Assembly: GCA_977018835.1 (NCBI GenBank)
Contig: OZ361259.1
Span: 3,224,001 to 3,288,000 of the forward strand
DNA length: 64,000 nt
Direction of reading: 5' to 3'
Source: Minutocellus sp. GHC0000111
Taxonomy: Eukaryota
In this document: positions 44,291 through 53,710 of the stretch, piece by piece
How the letters are laid out: each line of letters begins with the position of its first letter
Position numbering within the stretch: position 1 is the first letter of the stretch
Position numbers and translations under genes: made by a program
The notes under the pieces: generated by a model
Told to the model about the DNA's origin: nothing
Databases searched by the model: none
What the model saw: the letters and a program-made list of their open reading frames with translations, nothing else

Positions 44291-45106
44291 TCAATCCGAG
44301 CTGTTGCGTCGCTTGAACTTGATCTTGGTCTTCTTGCCAAAGATGCGTCTGCAGCTGTCACGTGACCCCTCGCGACACTTGACTGTCCCATTGGCGATGG
44401 AATGGCAGCATGCACCGCCACATCGTCGACATCCCTTGAGCGTACTCGTCCGACACTGGCATGTCTTTCGAACCCCTTTTCGAAGCACGCGGATCTTGAA
44501 CGAATTGAGTCGACGTTCGAATTGTTGAAGTTTGGCTTGGCGCTCATTTCTTACCTCGACGCGGCGGCGAACATTTTTGTGCCGATGACCAATACCCAAA
44601 TCATCAACAGTGCCGTCACTTTCAACAATCATAAGGACACCGTCGCCCAAAGGAAAAGCTAGGGCATCGTCTGAGATATTTTCGTAAAGCTCAGGGCCGG
44701 CGATAGCAATTTCAACATCAATGTTATACATGTAGTCATCTTCGTCGTCGTCGATGGAGTCCAGCACATCAGCAGGAAAGATCTCCAAGGCATCGTCGCT
44801 AAGGCTATCTTTCCTTTTTAACATCGAGTCGAGTAAGGGCGATACTTTGGCCTTATCGTGCGCATACGTCGGCTTCATGCCACTGTTATCGTCCTCACTA
44901 CTGCTACTTTCGTCAGCAGCGCCGTGGCTGTACTTGACAAATAACTTATCAACGAGATCATCCCAGGCAGCATCACTCATGCGTCCAACACCCTTTGGAA
45001 TAGTGGAGTCTTGCGTCTCGGGAGAAGCCAGCGCCAGTGCTGAAGCCATCGTAACGGTAGCGAGAAAGACGAGAAATATGCAAAGGCGTCGTGATGATAA
45101 CATCAT
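44291..45106 (-). CDS. Secreted hypothetical protein (acidic middle, basic Cys-rich C-terminus)
   Basis: Signal peptide LCIFLVFLATVTMASALA; C-terminal CQCRTSTLKGCRRCGGACCH...C...C. Confidence 0.7.
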   Translation of the reverse strand: MMLSSRRLCIFLVFLATVTMASALALASPETQDSTIPKGVGRMSDAAWDDLVDKLFVKYSHGAADESSSSEDDNSGMKPTYAHDKAKVSPLLDSMLKRKDSLSDDALEIFPADVLDSIDDDEDDYMYNIDVEIAIAGPELYENISDDALAFPLGDGVLMIVESDGTVDDLGIGHRHKNVRRRVEVRNERQAKLQQFERRLNSFKIRVLRKGVRKTCQCRTSTLKGCRRCGGACCHSIANGTVKCREGSRDSCRRIFGKKTKIKFKRRNSSD

Positions 45107-45449
45107 TTTTCTTTGCCAGTTCGGTGGGAATATGTTGATGCGTGGACGATACTGTTATGATGGTGGTAAGAGACGAAAACAAGAAAGCGTTGGGACCAAA
45201 AAGTGAGGACGAGAGAAGCCGCAGCTCAACGCGTCTTACGCAACAGAACATTCCGAGCGCACCTCATGGCTGCGCACTCGTCTTGTTGGGGATTTTGCGA
45301 TGCGCACGCTCTTCACGTTGCCAGAAAGGCGATGCACGCGCTGAAAGGCGATGCTCGCTCTTGGCGTTGATGCGAATAATGACGCACGACGGCCAGACAT
45401 ATCGGCCAGAATTACCGTTACAGTCCGTGCTACAGTCCGTGCACATCTA

Positions 45450-45848
45450 CGAGGCTCGTATGTTGATATCAATGAAGTTGATGCCGCGGAAAACCCAAGT
45501 CGGATGTATCTCTCTTGGGCAGAAAATGTCTTGTCGGATCAAAGAAGCTTCTTCATTTTTCTGTGTGGAGTGACTTTGGGGCTTGCTCCATATTCGGAAC
45601 CTATGCTGAGGGGAAAGAATGTAACTAACTCTACGTTGAACGATAAACCTGCGGCACCAATAATTCTCGACAAGATGACCTTGGATACGAGACTCAAGCT
45701 CTGGGTCGACTTTCAGCCTGTTCAAATTATTGCTGGGAAGACTGGGGTATTGAGACTAATCGCCGACTATGTTGGCATTCTACGCGCAAAAGAGCAAGTA
45801 ATTCTCAGAGGCCTAGTGCAGGTGCTTCGAGAGAGCTATCAAGGCTAA
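45450..45848 (+). pseudogene. 5'-truncated remnant of the NLS-ankyrin family (C-terminal part only), copy 3
   Basis: RMYLSWAENVLSDQRSFFIFLCG...GKTGVLRLIADYVGILRAKEQVILRGL aligns to the C-termini of copies 1 and 2. No ANK repeats or NLS upstream. Confidence 0.8.
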
Positions 45849-45998
45849 ACGCCTACCACTAACCAACATTTTGCTGAGCGAACCATTTCGGAAATAGAAA
45901 TACACGTGAAGCTCTGCTAACTTTAGACACCTTCATGTAATACCCTTCTGGTGAAGCTCAGATAAATGATTTTACTATAACATGATTTACATTTTTCA

Positions 45999-47204
45999 TT
46001 ACGCCATGGCATGGTATTCATCACCAGCACCGCCTTTCGTATCAGGTGTGGCCGCAGCAGAAGCCGCTGCTACAGCGCCTGCCGGTCCACTTCCCGCCTC
46101 CAAACTGTTCATACTTGCAGAACTGATACCCGTCTCCACCGCAGGGATTGCTGCTCCACCGCCACTTCCATGAAGGGGCAGGTCGACCACCCCATCGGCA
46201 CCCATATCGCCCTTCTCCATGCTGGCAATGCCACACCGTCCGTAGGCGGCGGTGCCATCGTCAATGGTACCATACAGCAACGCCTCGATGCGCTTCCGAT
46301 AGACAAAGTGACAGGACCAGTAGGCCAGGACCAGACACAGAATGTGTCCCACCAGGACCGACCAAAATTTCCACATGTGCTCGGAACTATAAATGTGATC
46401 GGCCGTCACGTAGAAGCTCAGCGTCAGTGCCACGGCGATGAGTACAAATCCACCAATGGCGTAGAAGATCTTGACGGGGAGGGTGATGCGATGACCTTGG
46501 TACTGATCGTTGAGCATTCCCGACAGGGGGTACGCTGGTCCGGCCGTATACACGTCGATGGTGTCGGACGACCGGTCCATGAGGAGCTGGAGGGCTTCTT
46601 CTTCGATTACCAATTCTTTTCGTATGGTGTTGCTGTATCTGTTGTTATTATTTGAGGAGGTGGATGGTCCGTCTTCGTTGGGAGGCACCGCCGGCGTCGT
46701 GTCGGAACTTGCGGCTGCTACCGGCGCGGAACCATTGGGGTCGAACGATACAGTAACATAACAATTGTGTCTCGTAGGCAAACAAAATCTCAACGGGTTG
46801 GACACCTTGCCCCTCCTCATGCTGATGATGGAACCTTTCCGGACATTCCCAAGATTGACATACCCACGGACCTTGGATTGAAATTTTGGCACGAAAAAGA
46901 AGGGGTGCAAAAGTGCAATCCAACCGAGCACGACGGTGATGAGCGAGTAGACGACCAGCATGCCGTACATGCCAAAATCGTCATCATTGTCGTTGTTGTA
47001 AGACACCATGGCATCGTTGCAGTCGGCATCACCGTAGTAATCCGCGTCGCATGCCGCTTGGACGACCCAACCGCCGTTATTTCGGAGGACCGTTGCGAGA
47101 ACAAGACTGGTCGTTGCGAGTGAAAATGATGGTGAGAATGACCGAGATCGGGACGAGGCCGGTAATGAAGAACCCGCCCGTCGTCTTGTCGGTGGTGCTA
47201 CCAT
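45999..47204 (-). CDS. Hypothetical multi-pass membrane protein
   Basis: Long ORF with about 3-4 hydrophobic helices (MYGMLVVYSLITVVLGWIAL, IFYAIGGFVLIAVAL, FWSVLVGHILCLVL). Start uncertain. Confidence 0.7.
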   Translation of the reverse strand: MVAPPTRRRAGSSLPASSRSRSFSPSFSLATTSLVLATVLRNNGGWVVQAACDADYYGDADCNDAMVSYNNDNDDDFGMYGMLVVYSLITVVLGWIALLHPFFFVPKFQSKVRGYVNLGNVRKGSIISMRRGKVSNPLRFCLPTRHNCYVTVSFDPNGSAPVAAASSDTTPAVPPNEDGPSTSSNNNNRYSNTIRKELVIEEEALQLLMDRSSDTIDVYTAGPAYPLSGMLNDQYQGHRITLPVKIFYAIGGFVLIAVALTLSFYVTADHIYSSEHMWKFWSVLVGHILCLVLAYWSCHFVYRKRIEALLYGTIDDGTAAYGRCGIASMEKGDMGADGVVDLPLHGSGGGAAIPAVETGISSASMNSLEAGSGPAGAVAAASAAATPDTKGGAGDEYHAMA

Positions 47205-47514
47205 GATTCGATGTGGGAGAAGTAAGTGCAAGGCGTGTATCTTGGACCGCATTGGCCGTGGTATCACATGATGTGCTGGAAATTTTTCGTGAAAATGGCC
47301 TTGCTTCAGTTCGTCTTTTCTAAATGACGTCAGATGCATCTTCTCGGCCAGACGACTTGGCCGGCCCACGGCCCACACGGCACGGCCCACACGGCCCACG
47401 GCAACGGGTGGATGCGTTCTCAGTTGGCTGCCCACCGGCTACCGTTGTGAAGTTCCACTACAATTGCCATTGCTGTCTTCCGATTACTAGCGAGTGCAAC
47501 AGGGGAGAGAGACC

Positions 47515-48456
47515 ATGGGCAAGAAGGGGAAGAAGAGCAAGGCTGGTAAGCTCTCCAAGGGCGATAGAAAGAGGGCAATTGATGATCTTCATCGCAAACT
47601 CGAGGCGCTGGCGGAACGACTCCAGGAGGAGCTAAAGGACGTTGACCTCTTCGCTCCGCCTCTGCCAAAAGATGATTGTGACCTTTGTTTTGTCACTCTT
47701 CCGTCTGTCTCGGAGTGGGATTTCTGACATTGCTGTGGTAAACTGATTTGCTGCGGCTGCTCGTGGAAGCAAGAAAGAATATCCAAGGCCGCCGGTGAAG
47801 AACCTGTGTGTCCATTCTGCCGTGGACCATTTCCCAAGACAGCCAGCCAGACTATCCAGAAACTGGAAGCTCTTGCTGCAAAAGGTCATTCCATGGCAAT
47901 GATACATCTGGGCGAGCATTACTGCAATGGCAATAAAGGATTACAGAAGGATGAATTGAAGGCTGTTCAGTTTTTCCTGAGGGCTGCAGAACTTGGTTCC
48001 CCTCTGGCTTTGCTAAATGTAAGTAAGGCTTTTCAACAAAGCGGGATAAGTGGCTTTTCATTTATGCGGGAAAGAACGGAAGATACTACCGAGAAAAGTG
48101 ATATGTTTTGTGAGTTTGCTGCCAAGAAGGGAGAAGTTGCCGCTCGCTACAACCTCGGGGTGGTCGCTATGTTCGATGGCAAGTTTGACGTTGCAAAACG
48201 TCATTGGCTTGCTGGGGCATGGGTAGGACACCAGTATTGCTTGAAAGCAGTGAAATTTATGTTCTTGAAAGGCCTTACCTCCAAGGATGACTATGACCAG
48301 TCACTTCTGCGTCAGCACGAATCCTTTATGTTGGAAAGTACAGAGGAAAGGGCCGAATGGCTTGCTGAGAAAAAACGTAGGGGTCTTGTGTCACACACGG
48401 GCAATTCGAACGTCGAGGAACTCATTGGGGACGCTATTGCCCGCCATGGCACGTAA
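47515..48456 (+). pseudogene. RING + Sel1-repeat protein (diatom-expanded type) interrupted by an in-frame TGA at 47725-47727
   Basis: LFAPPLPKDDCDLCFVTLP...F*HCCGKLICCGC...CPFCR followed by Sel1 repeats (AMIHLGEHYCNG..GLQKD..KAVQFFLRAAELG; ARYNLG). Both halves are in the same frame. Confidence 0.75.
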
Positions 48457-48565
48457 AGGTTATATAACAACACCCATACATCTTTGACAGAACAAAGATA
48501 GAATTCAAATGCGATATGCTCCGTATTTTACAATTCTAGTTTACAATATCTGAAGACAGGGTCGT

Positions 48566-49985
48566 TTATTTACACACCTCCGAAGGAGCAGCGGCCTGAG
48601 CAAGCTCAATGCAACTCGCCGCCCTGCCGAGGCCGTTGGCCTGCGTCTTGGGACAGACAACATCCTCGACATTATCGAACGCACCCTGATACCACTTGCA
48701 CGTCCGCCGGATGCCCTCGTCGAAGCTAACCTTGGCCCTGTATCCAAGCAAGTGCCGGGCCTTGCCTGTGTCGGCACACGTGTACGGCACGTCCCCGGGC
48801 TGATCGGGCAATTGTCTTACATTGGCGTTCTTACCGACGTGCTTCTCGACGATGGCAATGAATTCGTTCAGGCTGGTACCGCTGCCCTTGCCAAGGTTGA
48901 AGATCTGGTAGGGATACGGCCGATCGATGGCCCGGACGACGCCATCAACAATGTCATCGATGTAGGTGTAATCCCGAGAAGAGGAGCCGTCGCCAAACTT
49001 TTGCAGCTCGACGCCACGGCTGACTCGGTCGATGAATTTGAACGGGGCCATGTCGGGTCTGCCTCGGGGTCTGTAGTGTCGAGAGAAGTACATTACATGA
49101 AATATTGTGAGATATTTGTTGTCCAATAAATGAGTATGAAACCAGACCACCAATCGAGCATATCATTCTGCAAGTTATCGTTTGAACTCACCCATAGACA
49201 GTAAAAAATCTAAGCCCAGAAACATTGAGATTGTACAGATGATGGTACGTATAAGCCAACAATTCACACGCCTTCTTCGACGCGGCATACGGACTGACGG
49301 GATTGTCCACGTTCTCCTCCTCGGAAAAGAAGGTGGATTTGCTACCGCCATACACACTGGACGAACTGGCAAACACGAAATTTTGGATGCCGTATCGATG
49401 ACTCAGCTCCATCAGCCGCGTGGTGCCCTTGATGTTGGAATGGATGTAGACGAAGGGATCCTGAATACTGGGACGGACGCCGGCCCGTGCGGCCAGGTGG
49501 CACACCCACTGGGGACGGTGGGACTCGAAGACGTCGGCGATGAAGGCCTCGTCGCAGATGTCGCCGCGGCAGATGGCGACGCGGTCGGGTCCGTATTTGT
49601 CCAGAAGGAGGGAGAGGTTGGACTCCTTGATCTTGGTGTCGTACTAGTCATTGATTTCATCGACAATGACAACGTCGTCACCACGGGCAAGGAGATGATC
49701 GGCCACGTGCGAGCCGATGAATCCCGCGCCGCCCGTCACGAGGACCTTTTTGTAGGCCGTGTGCGGTCCGACGAGGGGGGTGGAGAGGTAGGCGGGTGCG
49801 TCGGAAGTGGTAGAGACGGTGTGGGACTGATCGTGCTGGTGCTGATCAGCGGATACCTCGGAGGCATCCCACGACGAGGAGGTCGTGCTCGAAACCGAGG
49901 ATCCCGAAGTGACGGACGTGACGGACGAGTTGTCGTCGTCGGTAGCAGAGGTGGCGGCGTGGATTACGGCGTTGTTCTTGAACAT
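48566..49985 (-). CDS. UDP-glucuronate 4-epimerase (NAD-dependent epimerase); intron 49071-49191, in-frame TAG at 49644-49646
   Basis: [64 protein letters not shown]. Confidence 0.9.
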
Positions 49986-50186
49986 GTTGATGGTGTTTGG
50001 TTTGTTGGGAGTTGTTAGAGTTGGATCTACTTCTTTGTTGTGAGGTTAATGAATGAAGATTCGTCGTGGCGACGATGATGTGTCGTTGCCTTGCAAAGTG
50101 TCGAGTTTTGGAAAAAGTGAGAGAGGGCGATGAAAGTTGGGAAGGGGGCATCAAAGGCGCACAAGATTCCGAGATGATGTTCCGGA

Positions 50187-52277
50187 ATGAGCACGGGGAT
50201 GTCCGAGAAAGGTCGCAGCGACGACGACGACGACGACGAGTTGGTGCCGCCCAGGAAAGATGGTGACGACAAGTCCATTGACATCGACCAGTCGTCGCAT
50301 TCGGAGACACCGCAGAACGGTCCTGCTGCTAACGACGAAAGTGCCGCGCTCGAGGTGACCTGGGAGTATGTCGGGACGGCCGCTCGTCTCACGTCGCCTC
50401 CGCCGTCGTCGGCAAGCATGCCACCCGCCAAGAGCATACTCCGTCGACATTCCGCGTATGGGAATGATGCAAATAGCGGAGAGGTTGTGGCGGAGGAGTG
50501 TGAGCAGGATCAGAAACTACCGGCGTCGGTATCGGTATCTCAAACGGATGGGTCGGGGTCGGCACCATACGCCGCCAGTAGCAGTGACGCGCCCCGACGC
50601 GATTCGATGCTCGGAGTATCGTACAACGGCATAACCGCACCCCTGTCGGGAAATGAGGGGCCGATCGGCGCCGCTCCATCATCGGCAGACATGTCATCAG
50701 CCGCTGCAAGGACAACACGGCGGCATTCCCTGCTGGTCGTGTCTTATAATGGAGAAACCACTCCTTTGGCAGGAGGGACGTCGGCTTCGGCAACAACAGC
50801 CGGAACGACGACACGGCGACATTCCATGCTGGGCGTGGCATACAATGGGATGATGGCGCAGCTTGCAGGAGGAGGAGGAGGAGGAGGAGGTACCGCCAAT
50901 GAGAATGGCAATGTACAAAATCCAGCCCCATCTGCCACGAGGCGGCACTCTATGCTAGGTGTTTCGTATGGTGCCATGACGGCCCCGCTTTCCAGTAATG
51001 ATGGCCAGGCTCAAGATATCCCCGACCCAATGCCCAACCCAATTACAACCCATCGACGCCTGTCCATGCCCAAGGTTCAAGGTTCCTCCCACCAACCCAT
51101 AGCCAACTCCGCCAGCACAGCTGAACGACGGCTCTCCATGCCCAGGGCCGAAATTGGCGCACAAAGTCGGGAAACCATCAGCCGCTCCTCCTCTCTGGCG
51201 CATTCGTCGACCAGTTCCGTCATTGATCAAACCCGACGTCTGTCGCTGACCGAGATCCAAGATTTCTTGGACGACGATGACGACGACGACGAATCGGATG
51301 ATGAAGTAGATCTGGGAGGAGACGGGGAACGAATGTCAATGTCCAACAAAGCGGGACGGAGATTATCCATGCCCAGGGCCGAGATTGGCGCCCAAAGTCG
51401 AGAGACCATCCGGTCGCATTCGCTCACTACCCTTCAGATCGAGACTCGGCGTTTGTCGCTAACGGAAGTGCAGACTTATTTGGACGGAGATTCGTCGGAC
51501 GAGGAGGACGGAATGCCTCAACAAGAAAATGGGGCAAGTGCAAATGTACATGCAAATAGTGGGGAGTCGACCAACAATGACGATGTTTCAGATTCTCAGC
51601 CATCATCACCACCTGGCCATTCTCGTCGGCATTCTATAGCTTCGGCCTCGTCACGAACATCCCTGCCCAGGAGCATTCTTCGCCGTCATTCTTCCTATGG
51701 GAGCAATGCACCGCCCGAGGAACAACAGTATGTCCGACCGGATCTTATCCGTCTGGCGAGTCTTCAGCAGCGGACCACCTCTCGCGCCGATGGGCATGAA
51801 GAAGCTCGGCGAGATCGATCCACTTCAATTGGCTCTACTGGGTCTTCGGTATCATTTTCCTCCGTTTCCGTCCGCTCGCACTCACAAACGCTCGGTGATC
51901 ACCCCTGCTGCCGTCTAGGCCCCCCAATCGCCCTAGATTGGCAACACCAAGATCATCAGCCTGTTCGTGTTGATGACTGGGAAAAGCACCGCGTCAGAGA
52001 CGGTGGTCCAAATTCCGAGAAAATGTACATACCACCCCACTTCCGACGCCACGTACTGGAGTACCGGTATGGGCATAGCCGAGAAGAAACCACAGAAGCT
52101 GCCAGAGTGGCTAGAATGGCGCGGAGGAGACGATCAATGACCAGAACAATGCTGCCAATGGCCGGCATTGAAGAGGCGGGGGAGACTGTGGCTGGGTTTG
52201 CCAAGAAGGTTGTCAAGAGCGGGCGCCAAGTTACGCAAAGGAAGAAGGCAACGCGAAGGTGCTCTTCACATTTTTAA
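50187..52277 (+). CDS. Disordered protein with many RRxS motifs and a C-terminal 'VSFSSV...LGDHP...GPPIALDW' domain
   Basis: 696-aa ORF with repeated RRHS/RRLS/RRDS motifs and internal duplications (RRHSMLGV.Y..., RRLSMPRAEIGAQSRETI twice). Confidence 0.8.
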   Translation: MSTGMSEKGRSDDDDDDELVPPRKDGDDKSIDIDQSSHSETPQNGPAANDESAALEVTWEYVGTAARLTSPPPSSASMPPAKSILRRHSAYGNDANSGEVVAEECEQDQKLPASVSVSQTDGSGSAPYAASSSDAPRRDSMLGVSYNGITAPLSGNEGPIGAAPSSADMSSAAARTTRRHSLLVVSYNGETTPLAGGTSASATTAGTTTRRHSMLGVAYNGMMAQLAGGGGGGGGTANENGNVQNPAPSATRRHSMLGVSYGAMTAPLSSNDGQAQDIPDPMPNPITTHRRLSMPKVQGSSHQPIANSASTAERRLSMPRAEIGAQSRETISRSSSLAHSSTSSVIDQTRRLSLTEIQDFLDDDDDDDESDDEVDLGGDGERMSMSNKAGRRLSMPRAEIGAQSRETIRSHSLTTLQIETRRLSLTEVQTYLDGDSSDEEDGMPQQENGASANVHANSGESTNNDDVSDSQPSSPPGHSRRHSIASASSRTSLPRSILRRHSSYGSNAPPEEQQYVRPDLIRLASLQQRTTSRADGHEEARRDRSTSIGSTGSSVSFSSVSVRSHSQTLGDHPCCRLGPPIALDWQHQDHQPVRVDDWEKHRVRDGGPNSEKMYIPPHFRRHVLEYRYGHSREETTEAARVARMARRRRSMTRTMLPMAGIEEAGETVAGFAKKVVKSGRQVTQRKKATRRCSSHF

Positions 52278-52345
52278 TTGAGATCAAACACAGGGAACCT
52301 CGGCCGCACATATCGTATCAGAGGGATTTAATTTTTAAGTTAATG

Positions 52346-52380
52346 CATACATACATACATACATACATACATACATACAT
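52346..52380. repeat. (CATA)n tetranucleotide microsatellite
   Basis: About 8-9 perfect CATA units between convergent genes. Confidence 0.95.
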
Positions 52381-52444
52381 AAAAAGTGGTTGTAATATCT
52401 ATCAGTTTAAAGCTACGTACAATGGTAGCAGCATGCGATTTAGA

Positions 52445-53626
52445 TTAATCAAGGAACAAGGGGATCATATGCCTCTTAGATCCAATAACTCTTTGAATAT
52501 CTCCATGAGGGATTCTAGCCACGAGTTGTGCGCTCAAACTGATCTCCTTTGTTCGATTGACGAATGCCCTATACCTCTCACCGCCGGAATGCTCATTGTC
52601 ATCCCAAAATACATTCGGAGGCGGGGGTTCGCCTCGATTGACGAAGAGATCAACGAATTCGTTCAGCCAATACAACATTTCGTCAATCCATTCATCATCG
52701 CGCTGCAGACGAAGTATCACAGCTCCCTTGGTCGCGGTTTGACGGACCATGATGGCCGATCGGCATTGCGGGCCCAAGGACAGCATCTCCAACATGAGCT
52801 GAGGAACATATGCCGGTGGAACGTCCAACGGAAGTCTCGATTCTCGGATCCGGAATAGATCCTTGTCATCATTTGATGGCTTTCGCGATCCCCAGTACAT
52901 GGGAACGAACGGGCAGTGGTTCTTCACCTCCAATGCCTCGAGCGTGCCATTGGGGTAATGGATCACGGCGTCAGGCGTTGCCCCAATGATGAGACCGTTC
53001 TCCTCGTTCGATGCCGTACTGTTAATGCCCAGTCCAGCGCCGCACATTCCCACTTCTCGTATTTTGGTCCCAGGAACGGCCCTGGTGAAGTAATTGAGAG
53101 CCGTAAGCAACGCCGTCGGTTCCTGCGCGTTCCCCCACTGCATCCGTGCCACCCATCGAGAGGAATCCTTGAGATAGTAATTCTTCAAGATGTTTCGTCG
53201 TCGATCCAAATCGCTCTTTTTGATTCTGGGCAGATAGAACGCATTGAAGCCCTTCTGTTGCTGCCGCCCACTTGCTTTTGTCTTGCCGGTTTGGCCATTC
53301 GCCTCATTCTTCTCATATTTCTCCGCTTCGTCCCTGGCCTTGTCCGCTGCCTCGACATCCCACACGGGATAGTCCAACATATCCAGCTCGGGCGGTGAAT
53401 TGTCCTCCCCGGTGCAAAGCACCTCCCTCATATCCTCCAGAGTGCGCAAACCCGGCTGACTCAGCCGATGGTACGCCCCAACGGCACCCTTTTGCAAACT
53501 ACGGGGTATGCCCAGTTCTCCCCCGGCCTTGGATTCCAGCAACCCCAACGCCGCCGTGGCCTGGGAGGTGGTGCATCCTGGCCGGCCGCTTGCAGATACG
53601 GCCGCCGCAGAAACGAGAGATACCAA
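52445..53626 (-). CDS. YqaJ / lambda-exonuclease-like PD-(D/E)xK nuclease
   Basis: TTSQ..AALG (motif I), MQWGNAQEPTAL (G...E), GATPDA (PD), LEVKNHCP (ExK) and YVPQL (Y..Q). The 5' end is uncertain. Confidence 0.75.
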   Translation of the reverse strand: MVSLVSAAAVSASGRPGCTTSQATAALGLLESKAGGELGIPRSLQKGAVGAYHRLSQPGLRTLEDMREVLCTGEDNSPPELDMLDYPVWDVEAADKARDEAEKYEKNEANGQTGKTKASGRQQQKGFNAFYLPRIKKSDLDRRRNILKNYYLKDSSRWVARMQWGNAQEPTALLTALNYFTRAVPGTKIREVGMCGAGLGINSTASNEENGLIIGATPDAVIHYPNGTLEALEVKNHCPFVPMYWGSRKPSNDDKDLFRIRESRLPLDVPPAYVPQLMLEMLSLGPQCRSAIMVRQTATKGAVILRLQRDDEWIDEMLYWLNEFVDLFVNRGEPPPPNVFWDDNEHSGGERYRAFVNRTKEISLSAQLVARIPHGDIQRVIGSKRHMIPLFLD

Positions 53627-53710
53627 CCCAGTGCCACGGCCGCCGCAGCAGCATCCGGCAATAGCCTTTGGTCTGTTGACTCAGTGCCCGCCGAATCACA
53701 TATATACAGC

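Noticed and set aside
47725..47727. Selenocysteine at the in-frame TGA beside the CCGK cluster
   Set aside because: The position corresponds to a variable non-Cys residue of the [YF]xxCCGK pattern and no SECIS was recognised. A nonsense mutation or base error is simpler.
2046..49646. Stop-codon reassignment (in-frame TGA at 2046 and 47725, TAG at 49644)
   Set aside because: TAG and TGA terminate well-defined genes here (e.g. RPA12 and ORC1 with TAG, TDP2 with TGA), and the in-frame cases are rare and inconsistent.
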